A DNA stretch of 64,000 nt, taken from the NCBI GenBank assembly GCA_977030845.1, contig OZ365111.1:39494001-39558000 (forward strand), written 5' to 3'. This stretch comes from Fimbriosthenelais zetlandica. Lineage: Eukaryota. Within the stretch, counting starts at the first letter, position 1, and each line of letters starts with the position of its first letter. Under the pieces are notes generated by a model, which was not told the DNA's origin, did no database searches, and saw only the letters and a program-made list of their open reading frames with translations. Shown here one piece after another: positions 1 through 12,985 of the stretch. Made by a program: the position numbers and the translations under genes.

Positions 1-59
1 AGATGACAGTTGCCTTATTTGCGGCATGCACCACGATCCTTATAGACGTAGTATACCCA

Positions 60-600
60 AAAGGTGCAAATCAGTAGTCAGATATTATTTCTCCCTGACT
101 TAAACCATCCACTCGACAATACTTATAATAACAGACGTGCTAGAGAGTATACCAGCCAGATAATGACGGCATGTCTTTACCTTCATTACTTCCAGCAGTA
201 GGTCTAGATACATTGGAATGAGAAGCAATATGTCCACGCGCCCTCCCATTGCCTTTACTGAGCATGTGGGTCGACCATTGTACATGACAATCAAGGTGTC
301 ACTTAACCATTGGAAAACCCATACACACCAATGGCAGTGCCGATGGAAGTGCACTTAAACAATTTAGATGTTGGACTGTGTTTCCTTTTCAGTTGTCCCG
401 AGAAGCGGTTTAGCCGACAGTTGTCGCTGGAGCACAAAGCGTGGACAGGAACCGAAGCTCGTGACACGGCACTTAAGATGTCAGCTAGCCACTCCGTCTC
501 TCAGTCTGTGAATGGACATTATTGCATGACCCTCCAGCATAGGGATCAAGACCTACTTGGTCCAGGAGGAGCCGATATTACCCACTCCTATACCTAGCCC
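60..600 (+). mobile_element. Possible DIRS-like RT relic
   Basis: Frame 1 reads LPDLNHPL...ACLYLHYF..IHWNEKQY...EVHLNNLD, with spacing roughly like DLR.LN / DAYLH / W.GK.Y / YLDD. Weak, several stops. Confidence 0.28.
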
Positions 601-3339
601 ATATCCACTCACATAACCTTTCAGTAGGGCTGAATAGGGCAGTTGGTATTCCTGCAGAGTTAGTTGAAAGAGCCATAACTTTTTGGGCCTAGGACTATAG
701 CATACCTGAATAGAAGCAATAAAATCACGATCTATACATGTATAGGCCTACATATAGGTGGTCTTCTGTATGGGCATGATAGTCTTGTCTGATAATTATC
801 CATTCTGCATGAGCTGTGCCCAGCCTGATATTGCGTTCTCTCAATAACAATTATCAATGCAAAACATTGATGAAACAAAGCAAATTATGAGAATTATGCA
901 ACTCAACGGCTATCATTTAAAATACATAATCCCCTTGGTAACTATGAGTGACAGAACTAGCTGCAATCAGTGAGTCCAGGTGCAGAGTTGACATGATGAA
1001 ATTTGACGGTAACTTAGGCCATGTCGCGTGCAACAGTTCCAATGTTGCCAAACTTGGCCCTCGGGCCACGACTGTACAATAAGACCCGTTAACAGCCAGG
1101 GCCCACCAGGGGGGCTCTTGCTCTCTGCAGGCAAACTTCTGTTTTTCGTTCGTTTTCTAAGTACCTAATTGAATAATTAGTGCCATCAGAGTAGGCCGCC
1201 GAGCTCGAATGTACTTGTCATCGGCGACATGCAGTGATAATTGCCCCACCCAACAAATTGCCGATACAGCAGCCGATTCTACGACGTGATCCCTGCCAAG
1301 GAACATGCGTGTCGCACGACACGGCCAGTCTGCGTGCGCAGGCGGAAGTTTGTCAAGTTGTAAGAGCGGAAGTCAAAGAGGAAGGCATGAGACAATGGGC
1401 TAAGTGATGACAAATAAGATTGTCGTGATCCTTCAGCTGATCTCTCCTTCAGGCTGATTACAGCTGGCCCAATTGAGCATTTGTAGCATGTGTGTTGGAG
1501 GGGAGCGGCCAGGGGCACAGTGCTAGCTGTTCTCTATTATTGCCCACTGCAACATTAACCGTATGATCACACAAGGAGACAATGAAGAGGAATAGAGGAA
1601 GCTTTTGTGAGTTCCCTTTGTATGCGTATCATGTTTCATCAATTTGAAGTGCTCACACAGGAAGATCTCGCTAATCCTGAACGCCGCTTTAATGGTGATA
1701 GTCTGTCTGTTGTGTTCCCAGTCCGTGTTAATTCTTCGTCTCAGCTTTCAACTTGATTGATTCGTCTAGTATTTCAACAGGTTATAGTTCAAGCTTCTTA
1801 ACAAGGAAAATAGATGCACAAGTCAAAGAGGTAATCAGCTTTGATGCTTGTTCGACAGATAGCAAATTAGAATTATTTGCAATTGAGACATCTTTTCTAT
1901 GATAGGGAGTTAAGGCCCTATGCCTATTAGGCCATGGTTTTAGATAAGGTCAATGAAATCTCATGCGTTTAAACACAAGTTTATCAGATGGAAAACCAGT
2001 TACTGAGAGTCTTTCTGTTTATTGAGTAAACAAGCATGTGTTACATCGCCAAATGCAATTGCCGAAATGCTGTTTCTCAACTGAGGAGCCAGAAAAGCCT
2101 ATAGGCAAATTACACAAGCCCTAATTGATAAATTTCAAAATGAAATCGGCTCGGGCCAAAATTAATATGAAACAAATGGTGGCATGACGCTAAGTACTCC
2201 TAATTGCCGCATCAACGTGTACAAATTAGTAATTACTAATCATTGGCCGTGACTCATTTGCATCTTGGAGTGTGCAGGTGTTGCTTCAACTCTGTTGCGT
2301 TGCGATGTTCAGAACGCCACGTGCTTTGTGCACAGAAACTCGAACCCTGATGACAAAAACATATGGGTGAAGTGATAACCTTTGGAAGCCTTAATATCTG
2401 AAGGTACGGGGTGTTAGTTATTGTTTATAATTGCATGCCTTTTGAAATGCCTGTTGAACCTTGAAGTCATCACTGAGGCATTAGTTACATCACGGAGCGC
2501 CGCAGGTGTTGGGACGAGTGTTACGGACAATAAAAGGTAAATGCATTTTGTGGAGTGTGTGATGAGGGGAGGCAGCAGCTAGGGTTGGGGGTAGGAACCC
2601 ACCACCCGGTGACCAGTCGATATTGGCCTGCAACAATAAGACAGTCGTCCGGCAATGGTCAGAGCACAATGGTCAAAACTCTGGTCACGCCAGACCTGGC
2701 CACAGTGATTGCCTCTGATTCAGCCCGATTGTTCCCCTGGGCGTTTAGCGTGTGCTGATTCACTGACTTTCTGACCACAAATGTATCGTCAAGCTAGCTG
2801 TAGCATGCTGCTCCATTATGATGGGCTGTAAATATATGGGCCACTGAAATCAGGGCTGTACTAAAGTGCCCAGTTGTGACATCAGGATGTTTATTGTGGT
2901 GAAAACCATATATATTGAACATGCACTTCTCTGGAGGTTAGACTATACTAGGCCATATAATTAATAAAATGAGTTATAGGGTCAGCTATATGGGATGGTC
3001 AAACTAATGCAGATTCACGTGAGCTTTATATCTGCATGCAAGTCCTTAAGCTTTCTCACTTAGAGACTACTTGTATATTCTGTTTAAATAATCATCCACA
3101 TGGGATGCTGCCAAAGACTAATTTTCTATCTACTATCTATTTCGAATAGTTAGTTCTATTGCTAAGGGAAACTTATATAATTTTCCCTTATAATATGATA
3201 AATATATTAGCATCTATTAATATGACAATTTCCTTTTATTTTGTATTTAAATAGTTATTTACTGATGAAATATTCCAATGCTACATTATTCTAGAAGAAA
3301 AATCTTCATTTTCCTTGTAAGGTCACTGCTTGAGTTTTG

Positions 3340-4050
3340 AACAATGACTATTATTGGGATCGGAAAAAGCCTTTTAATGACACGAGAGGCCAAGTACTTG
3401 GAATTACTGTTAATCATATCAATTACAAGATGGTCGCTTTTGATGTGACATTTAAGCTTCCATTTACTCCATAAGGGTGCCCCTCCACTAATAATGCAAA
3501 CACGCGAAGTATTCTTCCCCACTGTTTGCCTGACATCTTTTTCGCTGCAATTTCTCACTTAGAACATTATCATTTTTGAGCCCGGCGGATTGTAATGGGG
3601 CAAAATAATTACAGGTTTCCGATTGGGAACGACGAAAAACCTGCGTGCCTGTCCCTATGCATAGATATCGGGAGGGAAGTATAAAACCTCCAACGGGACA
3701 AACCATCTAATATATGGTGGTATGTCACGTAAGAAAACAATCAATCAGGGTTAAGAGCCCTTCCATGGTCACTGTCCCCTTCTATAAGTGACCAGTGAAC
3801 TGACCAGTGGCCATCGGGGGGTTTTGGCACCCGCACTTGCGGGCAGCAGGGTGAGACTCCCGCTATAAACCCTGGGTATAAAAACCTTGGCCAATTTAGA
3901 CACCCTTTCACTTACACTCTCCCATTGATGAATCTGAGCAGAAAAGGTCACAAAAGGGCTGTAAAACTGTTGACGAGGTATATTGTAGACCTTTCTCTCT
4001 CCACGCGCCCGAGAGGCTATTGTCGCCTTGCACCGTGTCTGCGCGGGGGA
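3340..4050 (-). mobile_element. Decayed DIRS1-like tyrosine recombinase relic
   Basis: Motifs in the expected order on the minus strand: SPFVTF..SERVSKLA (3912-3889; cf. PFEPL..ARRVSEL), SLTLLPASAGAK, VCPV..YL..TQVFRRS (about 3700-3630), TVGKNTSRV (cf. PVSKNTISRW), KLKCH (cf. KAHSTR). Manual alignment with frameshifts. Confidence 0.5.
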
Positions 4051-4193
4051 TATTGTTGAATCATCCCAACCGTGGTCAGAATAGATGAGAAGTCACGAAT
4101 GAGGGGAGCGAGTGTATGTAATGCAGTCAGAGGTGTCCCATTGTCTTATCATGTCGGAGGGCAGATGGTTTTCAGTCGGTCAATACATGAGCA

Positions 4194-4222
4194 TGAATGT
4201 TGACAGTTGAATGTTGACAGTT
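4194..4222. repeat. 14-bp tandem duplication
   Basis: TGAATGTTGACAGT x2. Confidence 0.88.
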
Positions 4223-5335
4223 CATCGGACACTATTCATTGTACTTATCTCATTGATTTATCGATGGAAAACTGAAAAGGTCATTTTGAAATGTATGGTT
4301 ATCAATATAGATTTAAGGAGTGGAGCAATCTAAAATCTAGCTAATCTTTGGATAATTTGCAAAATAACTGAATTGTATTTGACAGATAATTTCTTTTTCA
4401 GACTGTCCAAGATGTCGTAGGGCCTATACTAGCAAATTTACAATATATAAACTGATATATGGAGAAGATCTTCTGAGGTAGGCCTATTTATATTTCCGTG
4501 TATTTTATACTTTGCTCAATGCGAGAAGTTTTCGTCCAAATAGCTTGAATGTCATATGCAAAAACTGCGCCGTTAGCACCTGTAACCTTCCGCATCCACA
4601 CCCCTTGCATTAACTAACGACCATTTAATCATCCTTATATCCCGGTAATAAAAGGCCCTGATTGCGTCCAGCTTGCCCCATCTCACACGTGCTGCGTCCC
4701 CAGAGATTCCGACATCAAAGTTCCCCTACCACCTCTGATGCTGTAATTCTAACATTATTCTGCCCTGTCCTTATTGTTGGTCCAATATGGAGGGAGGGAA
4801 GGGATGTATTCACCTGAGGCCCCCCGGGGACCTATACATAGAAGACGTTCCCCGACTGAGGGAGGCCTGTATGGTGTTAACTTATATAGGGCTGGTTTCA
4901 AACCTTTTATTATTCAAAGCTCGCGTTTGCTACTGGTGCCCATGTTGCTTAGCAGCATGGTCTATTGTATGTACCAGACGCATGCTGTATATTGTTGTGA
5001 CTTCTTTGATAACAAAAGAGACATTATAATGTAAACGATGAACGATGACCTTTTTCTTTGCCCGCAACTTGGTAATTAGAGTCAATCGGCTTGTAGGCCT
5101 ATTTCATATTCATTGCTTATACTTGGTGGTATATGGATGGAGGTGTACTGCATATATAGTTTTTTGAGGAATTTATTTTATAACAAATGGTTATTTTCAT
5201 ATACTATATATACTCAATATATTCAGATTGAGATTATTTTTCTATACACGTACCTTACATTCGTCAGAACATAGCTTCTTAAATGAACCTAATACATTGT
5301 ACTCTTACTTTAGTATGTTAAAATGGAGATTTTCT

Positions 5336-5390
5336 GGGGCCAATCAGCAATGCTAAGTCTATGGGAAATTTTTACGCTGAAACAGGCCCC
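5336..5390 (-). mobile_element. Tiny TIR element, deletion derivative
   Basis: Reverse complement GGGGCCTGTTTCAGCGTAAAAATTTCCCATAGACTTAGCATTGCTGATTGGCCCC aligns to the 63462 copy, with one end partly lost. Confidence 0.75.
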
Positions 5391-8300
5391 TATTCTTTTA
5401 AAAACATAGGCCTACTTTAAGTGAATATCTATAATGTTGCTGTTGCTTTTCCATGTTATACCCTCGCGGAATGCTGACAGTTTTTTTTATCATTTTTTTT
5501 TGCCTGTAGCTATCTATACCCCTTACTAATGACAAAGCACTTATTTGTATCTAAGAGCTCTTCACCTGATTTCCTTCAATGAATCACAATACAGCGATAG
5601 CTGATACTCTTTTTTTATTCCCCTGAAATAAGTATTTCATTACTGCTGAAGCAAGCATCATAAAAGGTAGAGTATTTATGAGGGCGTGTCATGATAAGTG
5701 TCAGCTTATGCTTTTCCCTCTCCACTAGATCAGTATTCATCTCCGCCTCATCATCCCATTGTTCGCGGGTCTCCCACCCACCAATCCCGGCCTTATTTGC
5801 CTCCCTCCGTGCACGGGCCAGCCCTCCTGGCCCGAGGGGCAACTTACTCCAAATGATAACAATTTGTTCCCAGCATTTAACGACAGGTGGGGTTAAAAAT
5901 CACTGGCCTCCGGTGTCTTGGCTAGATCAGGGAAGCTGGATGCTCCGGCGAGAAGGCTGTTATTATCTATCCATTATCAGTACGTCCACAATACATTTAA
6001 TGCCCGAGATGCATTTGTTATTAAGTGCCATCTCTCATTGGTGTCATACTTGGTGTTTGGTCCGGCAGTAGCAGCATGTAGGGATAATGATGTGTTCTTG
6101 TTGAGTGGCGCTAATTATCTGTATCACTTTACATGGTGAAAGCATTATCATCATAACCTGGATTGCTGCGCTTTCGCTGGATAACAAAAGGGCTAAAAGT
6201 CCATGGAGACTCTGTAAAAAAGTGGCATTAATTGTTGACCCTGGGTCTTCGATATTGGAAATGATGACTTAAGCTAGAAAGCTCCGCAGGAAACTCAAAA
6301 CACCCTACAATTTTTTTTTTGCTGGGGCGATATGTCTGTGATGTGATTCAATAATCGTCAACTAACAAGTGCCATGTACAAAACCTGTCTACTGTATATG
6401 TCCTTGCAAGTTGAGATTTGTGAATAATATCCCTTTCTGGACATTGCATACTTTGGAAAAACATTTCTATTGGGACATTTAAATACTGAAAAAGTATTTT
6501 CTGCAGTCATCTATGAAAGTAACCCCCTAAAATTTGCTGAGTCCAAAATCCCACTCAACTGCCAACGTTTCTGTACAGCTCTTGGCCACCTTGTTAAACA
6601 TCTTCCGATCGGACGCTTTGACAGAGAACCAGAGGAAATCACCTGGAATAAATATTGTCTGCTCTGCTTTTACTTCATCTAAAAGCGCGTGTCTGCTGTA
6701 ACCTAAAAGTGAAATTAGTTTAGGACCTAATGGAGGCTAACCGCTTTGGTGAATGTCTGATCATGCTTGATGCCTTTCACTGTTGTGTTCTGATGCATGG
6801 TGGATAGACTTTTCATTCAAATTCTGAGTGGAGGAATAATGGGGCAGCTATAGACTCATTGGCGTTTGTTAGTACATGTATTTATCCCTTCTATTTTTTT
6901 TATTTTGAATAATAGATGTATCCCAATTTCTCAATATTATTTACCTGTTTACACTCTTGCACATTAAATTTTATGCTCTCTCTCAGTTGGCCATATAGTC
7001 GATTGCATCAATTCGTATGTTAAAGCTTACTTTCAACTTCCAAACGGTATAAAAAATATATGAATACATAATGTTTCCTGGCACCAGTTCTATTTTTCAA
7101 TCCGGACGAAAATTAATTGTAGCTTGTCAAACAAGATCGTCGGCACAAGCCAAAGCAATGATTTGGAAATACATCCCAACTTGGATTTTTTTTATCCTTG
7201 TATTCTGTGCTGTAACAAAAATTGATCAGGTTTATTCTGCCCTTTCAAAGAAACATCAATGATGCCATCGAAAAGGCAATCTGCCTTTAAGAATATGCAA
7301 TCTCATGGTATCAAATTTCAAACAGCGTCTGCCAGGACAGGTCGAACATAGAAGCTTTCATCAAATCAAACTTTTCAACGAAAGGAAATTTGGGGGATCA
7401 CTTCAATCAACTAAATAAAGGTGGTTTCTTATATGGTGTCAATGCGGAGCATGAAGGTGTTAACTCCAACGCCTAATTGGACCAGGTGTAACCCAGCCTT
7501 CCCATTAGAAGCTAACTGCACAACCCCTGGTATTATTAAAACCATACTAACCTAGCTCGGGACGGAAACCAAGGCAGCAGCTATTCTGTTTGGTGGCCGG
7601 GTTGGCCACAATGTTCTTACAGTTATGGTATCACCTCCACCTCCCCATATCATAAAGCCTTTTGAGAAGGGGGTCTTAAGTCGTCATGATCATTCGCCTG
7701 GCTTTGAAGTGCCGTCTGTGTAAGAACCAGACTGGAAGACTGGTTCCGTATAGATACATCAAACTTCCATTACTGGTGAATGGCCGAGGAGATTGAAAGG
7801 TGGCAATGGCAGGGCACACACCTCGCCAATACAAACGCTGCCAGGGACACCCTCAGCTACCCCCGAGGCATTCCTACCACCTGATACCAGCCTTACATGG
7901 TTTGTTTATCATGGAAATACCAATTAATCCGCCACAATAAGTCCCAGCTTGAACCAGACTGGCTTCTGTTCAGCCATCTTGCAGCTGAAATTGGTATATA
8001 TACGGGAATGGTCCTGTATATTGTTAATGTCTTCTGGTATACATATATAGGGAACGATAGAGAGCATGCTCTGTCCCACAACCCTGCAGTATAAGTCCCC
8101 AGTCAACTCTGGCGAGCGCAGGGCCTTTCATAATTTCAAGTGATCCTCAAAAATCAAGTGCGCTGAAAAGAGGGCCTAGGCTGTGGTGGAAGCTGGAAGA
8201 GGCGTGTGAAGTACTCCAGTCTCTTCATTGGAAATTCAGGTCTTGAGGACTTGCAAGGCGCTGGACATAACCACCAACTTGACTTCTTACTCGTGAAAAA

Positions 8301-10379
8301 GATTACATTTGAGTGATTTATACTTGACGATGAAAGTCTTGTTTATTCTCCAAGCAAATGGTTACAAAGCGTTAGACTGGTTGGAGACTTCTATATATTT
8401 ATCCTTTATGTCACTCCTACCTTTCATTTATTTCAATTTTCAGCATGCATTTATTTCTTTTACTATGAAGTAAGCCCATCTAATGCAAACACAGTATATT
8501 CCTCCAAACTATTCCCAATGAATTGACGTGGATATATTCTACCTTTGAAAAGTATTTTAAATGCAAAATGGAAACTTTAATAGATGAATTAATTTAATAC
8601 AATCTTGATGGATGTTATCGGTGTAACCATATACATGTTGCTTATAGTGTGAACATCTAATATCCTATGGGCAAAAAACTTAAAATCCTTGGCGCCCCTG
8701 TATCTAATATACACATTTTTAGACCACATGTTGGTCCATCATTTATTGTATGTATATACTCAAAGGGGGCCTTCTATTGAACGTTAACAACAAAACACCA
8801 CAGCATGGATAATATATATCTTCTATGATATATTTTCTCCCGCATTAACACCATACTAAAAGCCTTTGTCACATGTGTCACTTTCTGTGACCTATCACAT
8901 GAATACCCATACCATGTATTGTCCCCAGAACCTCCACGAATTTCCATCCTTTGTCTCCAAATTCATCCACCTGTAGGTGAGAAGAAAACAAAATGACTAA
9001 AAACATTTCGGAAGAATTCAAAAAACGAAGAACAATGTCGGTGAACTTCATAAAAGAAGAAACTTGGCATAGTTGCATCCAGGACCAGGGTTGCTTGACG
9101 ACTGAAAGCTGGGGACGCCTTGCCGAGTTGAACCTTTGCTCTGGGGCGGGCTGATGCCCTTTGTCCTCCCGGAAGGGCCTCAAAGAGGATGGCATTTGCC
9201 GCTAGGGGAGCTGTCAGCAGAGACGGGGCTCCGCGCTGTCCCCAAGCTGGCGTCTGTGGGCAAAACCATGCTTCCTTCCCAGACACATTTACCCCAACGA
9301 GTTGTCACATGTCCACTACGTATACGAGGGAACGTACACTCACACCTGTAGTGAAATTGGAGGGCAGACGGGTACATACAAACATGGCACCCGCATTGAA
9401 CACACACATTAAACTGATATGAAACAGAGAATAACTTCTCGTGTCAACAACACCGGGGTTTTAGGATCGGGAGAGAGGGCCTGGCTGGGTTCAAAAGTTG
9501 GGTGGAGTGGGCGGAGTGGATGGGGAAGATGAAGCTGTACGGGAACCCGGAATAGGATTAACTGGAGATTTACATACATGATCCCGTGTATCTCTGTAGG
9601 GTCACAAACAGGACGATGGGTCAATGCCTTACAGCTTTGATAGGATTCCCCTGTGGGTTGCTTATCACATTACTAAGAGATGGTAATAAGAGGAAGAGGA
9701 AATGTATAAAGTTGTTCAAATAGATCTATATTGCAAAAACCCTGAACAGCCTTCTTTGAAAGACAACTTTTTTTTCTTATTGGAAAGGGTTTTAGGCCTA
9801 CCTATTTTGAATGCAACTTTCTGAAATAGCCACTTTCAGATATATCAGGGACTTGCATAATTTAATGAATTCGAAAATGCAGAGAACATTTGTAAATGCT
9901 TAGGACGTGCATTGGTCCATATTGACAAAAGCAATGGACAACAATTTTCTGACAATTTTCAGTTTTTCTGTCTTTTATATAGCCTCTCCTGAGAAGAATA
10001 CTCTTTAAGTTTGCACTTGAGAGCATCCAGCATTTTTACCATTCCTTGATTCATTCATATTCTAATAATCCTCAACTTTTCAACAGTCTCTGGTATGGCA
10101 TCCTCTGTCGGATTCACTATTATAACAATGTCATGCGTCGGCACGGCCATCCTTCAGGAGAGTTGAGATTTAAGCAGTTAGAATAACATGCTTTCCTCGC
10201 TATGCTTGTCTTGTCCTCTAAAGAGCTCTACCTCTCAGGCGCTAATACAGATATCTTTGTCAGTGCTCACCTCGAGCTGAAGGCTTAGCGGGGATCATCG
10301 GCTCTCTTAAGAATGGAGACGCATTGATTTAGAAGCGGGAACCCTTCGCCCTGTTGGACCTCACACTGTGTCCGTTGAT

Positions 10380-12620
10380 ATATTGAGCTGCCGATGAGGC
10401 AAACCTTAGATGCCTGATCACGAACCGGGCGCGGGGAACAAAAACGACGTCACACCACCGGAACTGGACACACGCTGACCCCGGCGCATTTCAAGGTCAA
10501 AAGTCAGGCAGCATAATGGCGACCACCAGGCAAGATGTAAACAAGAGACGATAAAGACGCCATAGGAAATCGCATCACTGCCTCTAGTGCATTTAATAAT
10601 GACCGATTGTATCAACATCATCTATTGACTGGCTTACTCGGGCTTGCTCCTCTGGAAACGTTTGGAAAAGCACGCGTCTTTACCTTCGCACAATGCGGTT
10701 GTCCTCATTCGCTTGAATGGAAAGAGAGGTGCAGAATTTTCCCATGTGACTCGATCAGTCCTTTCATTTCTAAGTTCAGTTGTTCATTTAACTTCAACAT
10801 GCAGGCTGATTAGCTGGTGGAATATTACAGTAGATTCAACCTGGAGAGGAAATGCTTACATGTCTTATGGGGCTATAGCATTCTCACGAGTAGGAGGTCA
10901 TAGAGACAAGTTGAAACACTCTTCTGTGGATGATTTCTTGTTTGCTCGTGGAGTATTCGGGCCTTGAAGATCAAGATCTGACCACTGTTGGTTGGAGTTT
11001 TTAGTCAATAGGGCCCTGAGAGTAACCCGAATAGTCCCATAGAAAACCAGACGTGTGATATATAGGTCCATGGTCTCCAACACTCAAAGCCTGCATGTGT
11101 ATCTAGTACTTTGCCTTCCTCTTCAGTCCATGCAAGGTTAAGATAATTTGTAGAACTGCAATAACCTAACTGAAGCATATTATTTATACACTTGGAGGTA
11201 GAGAAGGACCCATGTAAAGTGCATTGAAGGGAAAGCTTTTGTATCATTAGTCCTACAATCTCTGCCTTTTAATATGCCATGATTGCATGCCCTTTTCGAG
11301 CAATATGTTAACCAGCATAGATAGGGCGAGAACCTTAGCACATCAAAGCAATGATAGGAGGTTTATTAATGAGCATCTTCTGGGCTTCAAGGCCAGGTAC
11401 CGCTACCTGGAACAATATGGAATCAAGCCCCCCAGATGCGGCCACCAATGGCTTTATTCCTGACCTTTCATTCCTCCGCACCAACATCAAAAAGCATTTC
11501 CACTGTCATTCAAGCGTGTCTGGCATACTTAGGGTTAATATCTTGCCGCTTCATTAAATACATGAATTCCTATACACCTTATAGCCGACATGGTTCATGT
11601 TGTATGATTTGGGAACCATGGATACCATGGCTGACTTTATAGCTTTGTTCTTCCCCCACATCCCGCCAGCCTCAACCTATGATATCCCAACTCACATGCC
11701 TTGTGCTCCTCATCCGTTACCATCTCTACCAAGAGCTTAAAGCCGCCAATGCCTGTTTATTCACTCCAACCATTGCATTGTGCCCTTACCCTCCTCTCTG
11801 TAACTGACAAGCCCAAATACCATTGTGTGCCTGGACGGTTTTAATTGAATGATTGAATAATGCATTGTCGTCGTATTAAGCCTTAACGAGGCGGCCTGTA
11901 AGATGCTGTAATCAGCCAGTTCCTCAAGTCCTTCCTTAACCGCAAACGAGTCCAGCAAAAAGCATACGTTCCTTGTGGTTACCGACAATCATCCGAGCCC
12001 GAGAGGTGGTAACCAAATCGGCTTTGGTCGCCATAGATCCTCCTTGGGCGTGTTTGTATTTAAGCTCGCCATCTTTGCTCACTGGGAGGGAAATGACAGC
12101 CCTTTGCCCACCCTTCCTATATATCCTCTCGGACGTCGCCACGACCAAGACGTCAGGGCCGTCGAGTCGGGGGTCTATGTTGCAGATTTGGAGCCGCGCT
12201 GGCCCGCCCAGCATTTGATCTGCACTGAAAAGTACACACTGTCTTGTTGTCCTACCGCAGCCAGACATTTTCTACCAGGCGAGGAGGGAGGTGGAGGCCA
12301 AATACAAGTCATCGGGCCTTGTCTCTATCCGGCCCCAGCCCGGCGACAAGGTCCCCTCCTTCTTCGCCCTTTTGCTTCCTCCGTTCGCTGACCCGTGTCC
12401 TCCGCAAAGTCATGTTTTCCCTTTCCCTGATCTCTTCCCCCTCTGGCAACTAGGTATACATGAGGTCATGAAGTGCACTACTCCTGGGTCCATTTCCCAC
12501 CCACTCCACACCAACACCTCTACCTAGAGCATGCTCTTGAAGGCAAAATTCCCTCGGAGGAAATTCTCAAAGAAGCATCAAATCCTTCCATTTTTTGTCA
12601 TCACTTCACTCAACCTTCTT
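10380..12620 (+). mobile_element. Decayed DIRS1-like (tyrosine recombinase) retrotransposon relic: RT then YR
   Basis: One frame from 10487 reads HFKVKS..PGKM*TRDDKDA...RLYQHHLLTGLLGLAPLETFGK...RCRIFPCD, resembling DIRS RT HFKME..PGD..DLKDA..YQF..LPFGL..AP..FTK..IFPYLDD. Downstream frameshifted pieces (MALFLTF, ISCRFIK..IWEP, LVLL..QELKA, CCPTAARHFL, W..IHEVM..PGSISH, EEILKEASNPSIFCHHF) follow the DIRS1 YR motif order. Manual alignment only; stops and frameshifts throughout. Confidence 0.6.
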
Positions 12621-12948
12621 TATGGCTGTGCTTACTAGACTCTTGTTCGAGACAGAGTTGACGGCTTTCCCTGCCTTGAGTTGTTTGCTTTCTGTTGAAT
12701 GTCACACGAAGATGAATGATAACAACACTTAACGACGTCCTTGACATCCGTGGCTTACATGACGTTGTCATGACGTGGGCTAATTTGCTATAAACAGTGA
12801 CGTGTGCTAATCCCATTCAGCTTGCCAAAATAAAACATGACGAGAATTGAAAGGAGACCTCTAGTATTCATTATAATTGAGATTCTCCGCAAAAATGAAA
12901 CGATTGTCGTCTGTAATGCACAATTTTCGAATCTTTTCGGCAAACAAC

Positions 12949-12985
12949 ATTGAGAACGCACATGAATTGAGAACGCACATGAATT
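12949..12985. repeat. 17-bp tandem duplication
   Basis: ATTGAGAACGCACATGA x2. Confidence 0.9.

Noticed and set aside
1103-1116. CTCF-like CCACCAGGGGGGCT
   Set aside because: The extra G breaks the conserved GGCGC end; a single near-match with no supporting evidence.
2330-2400. B-box-like GGTTCGAGT on the minus strand (tRNA/SINE)
   Set aside because: No convincing A box or cloverleaf; no tRNA or SINE called.
7330-8300. Possible third plus-strand DIRS RT/RNase H fragment (SSLEIQVLRTCKAL, DITTNLTSY)
   Set aside because: Only two loose motifs with inconsistent spacing; too weak to call without a profile search.
8880-9650. GC-richer stretch with a CCHC-knuckle-like CPQAGVCGQNH
   Set aside because: The Cys/His spacing does not fit a knuckle; possible gag remnant but unsupported.
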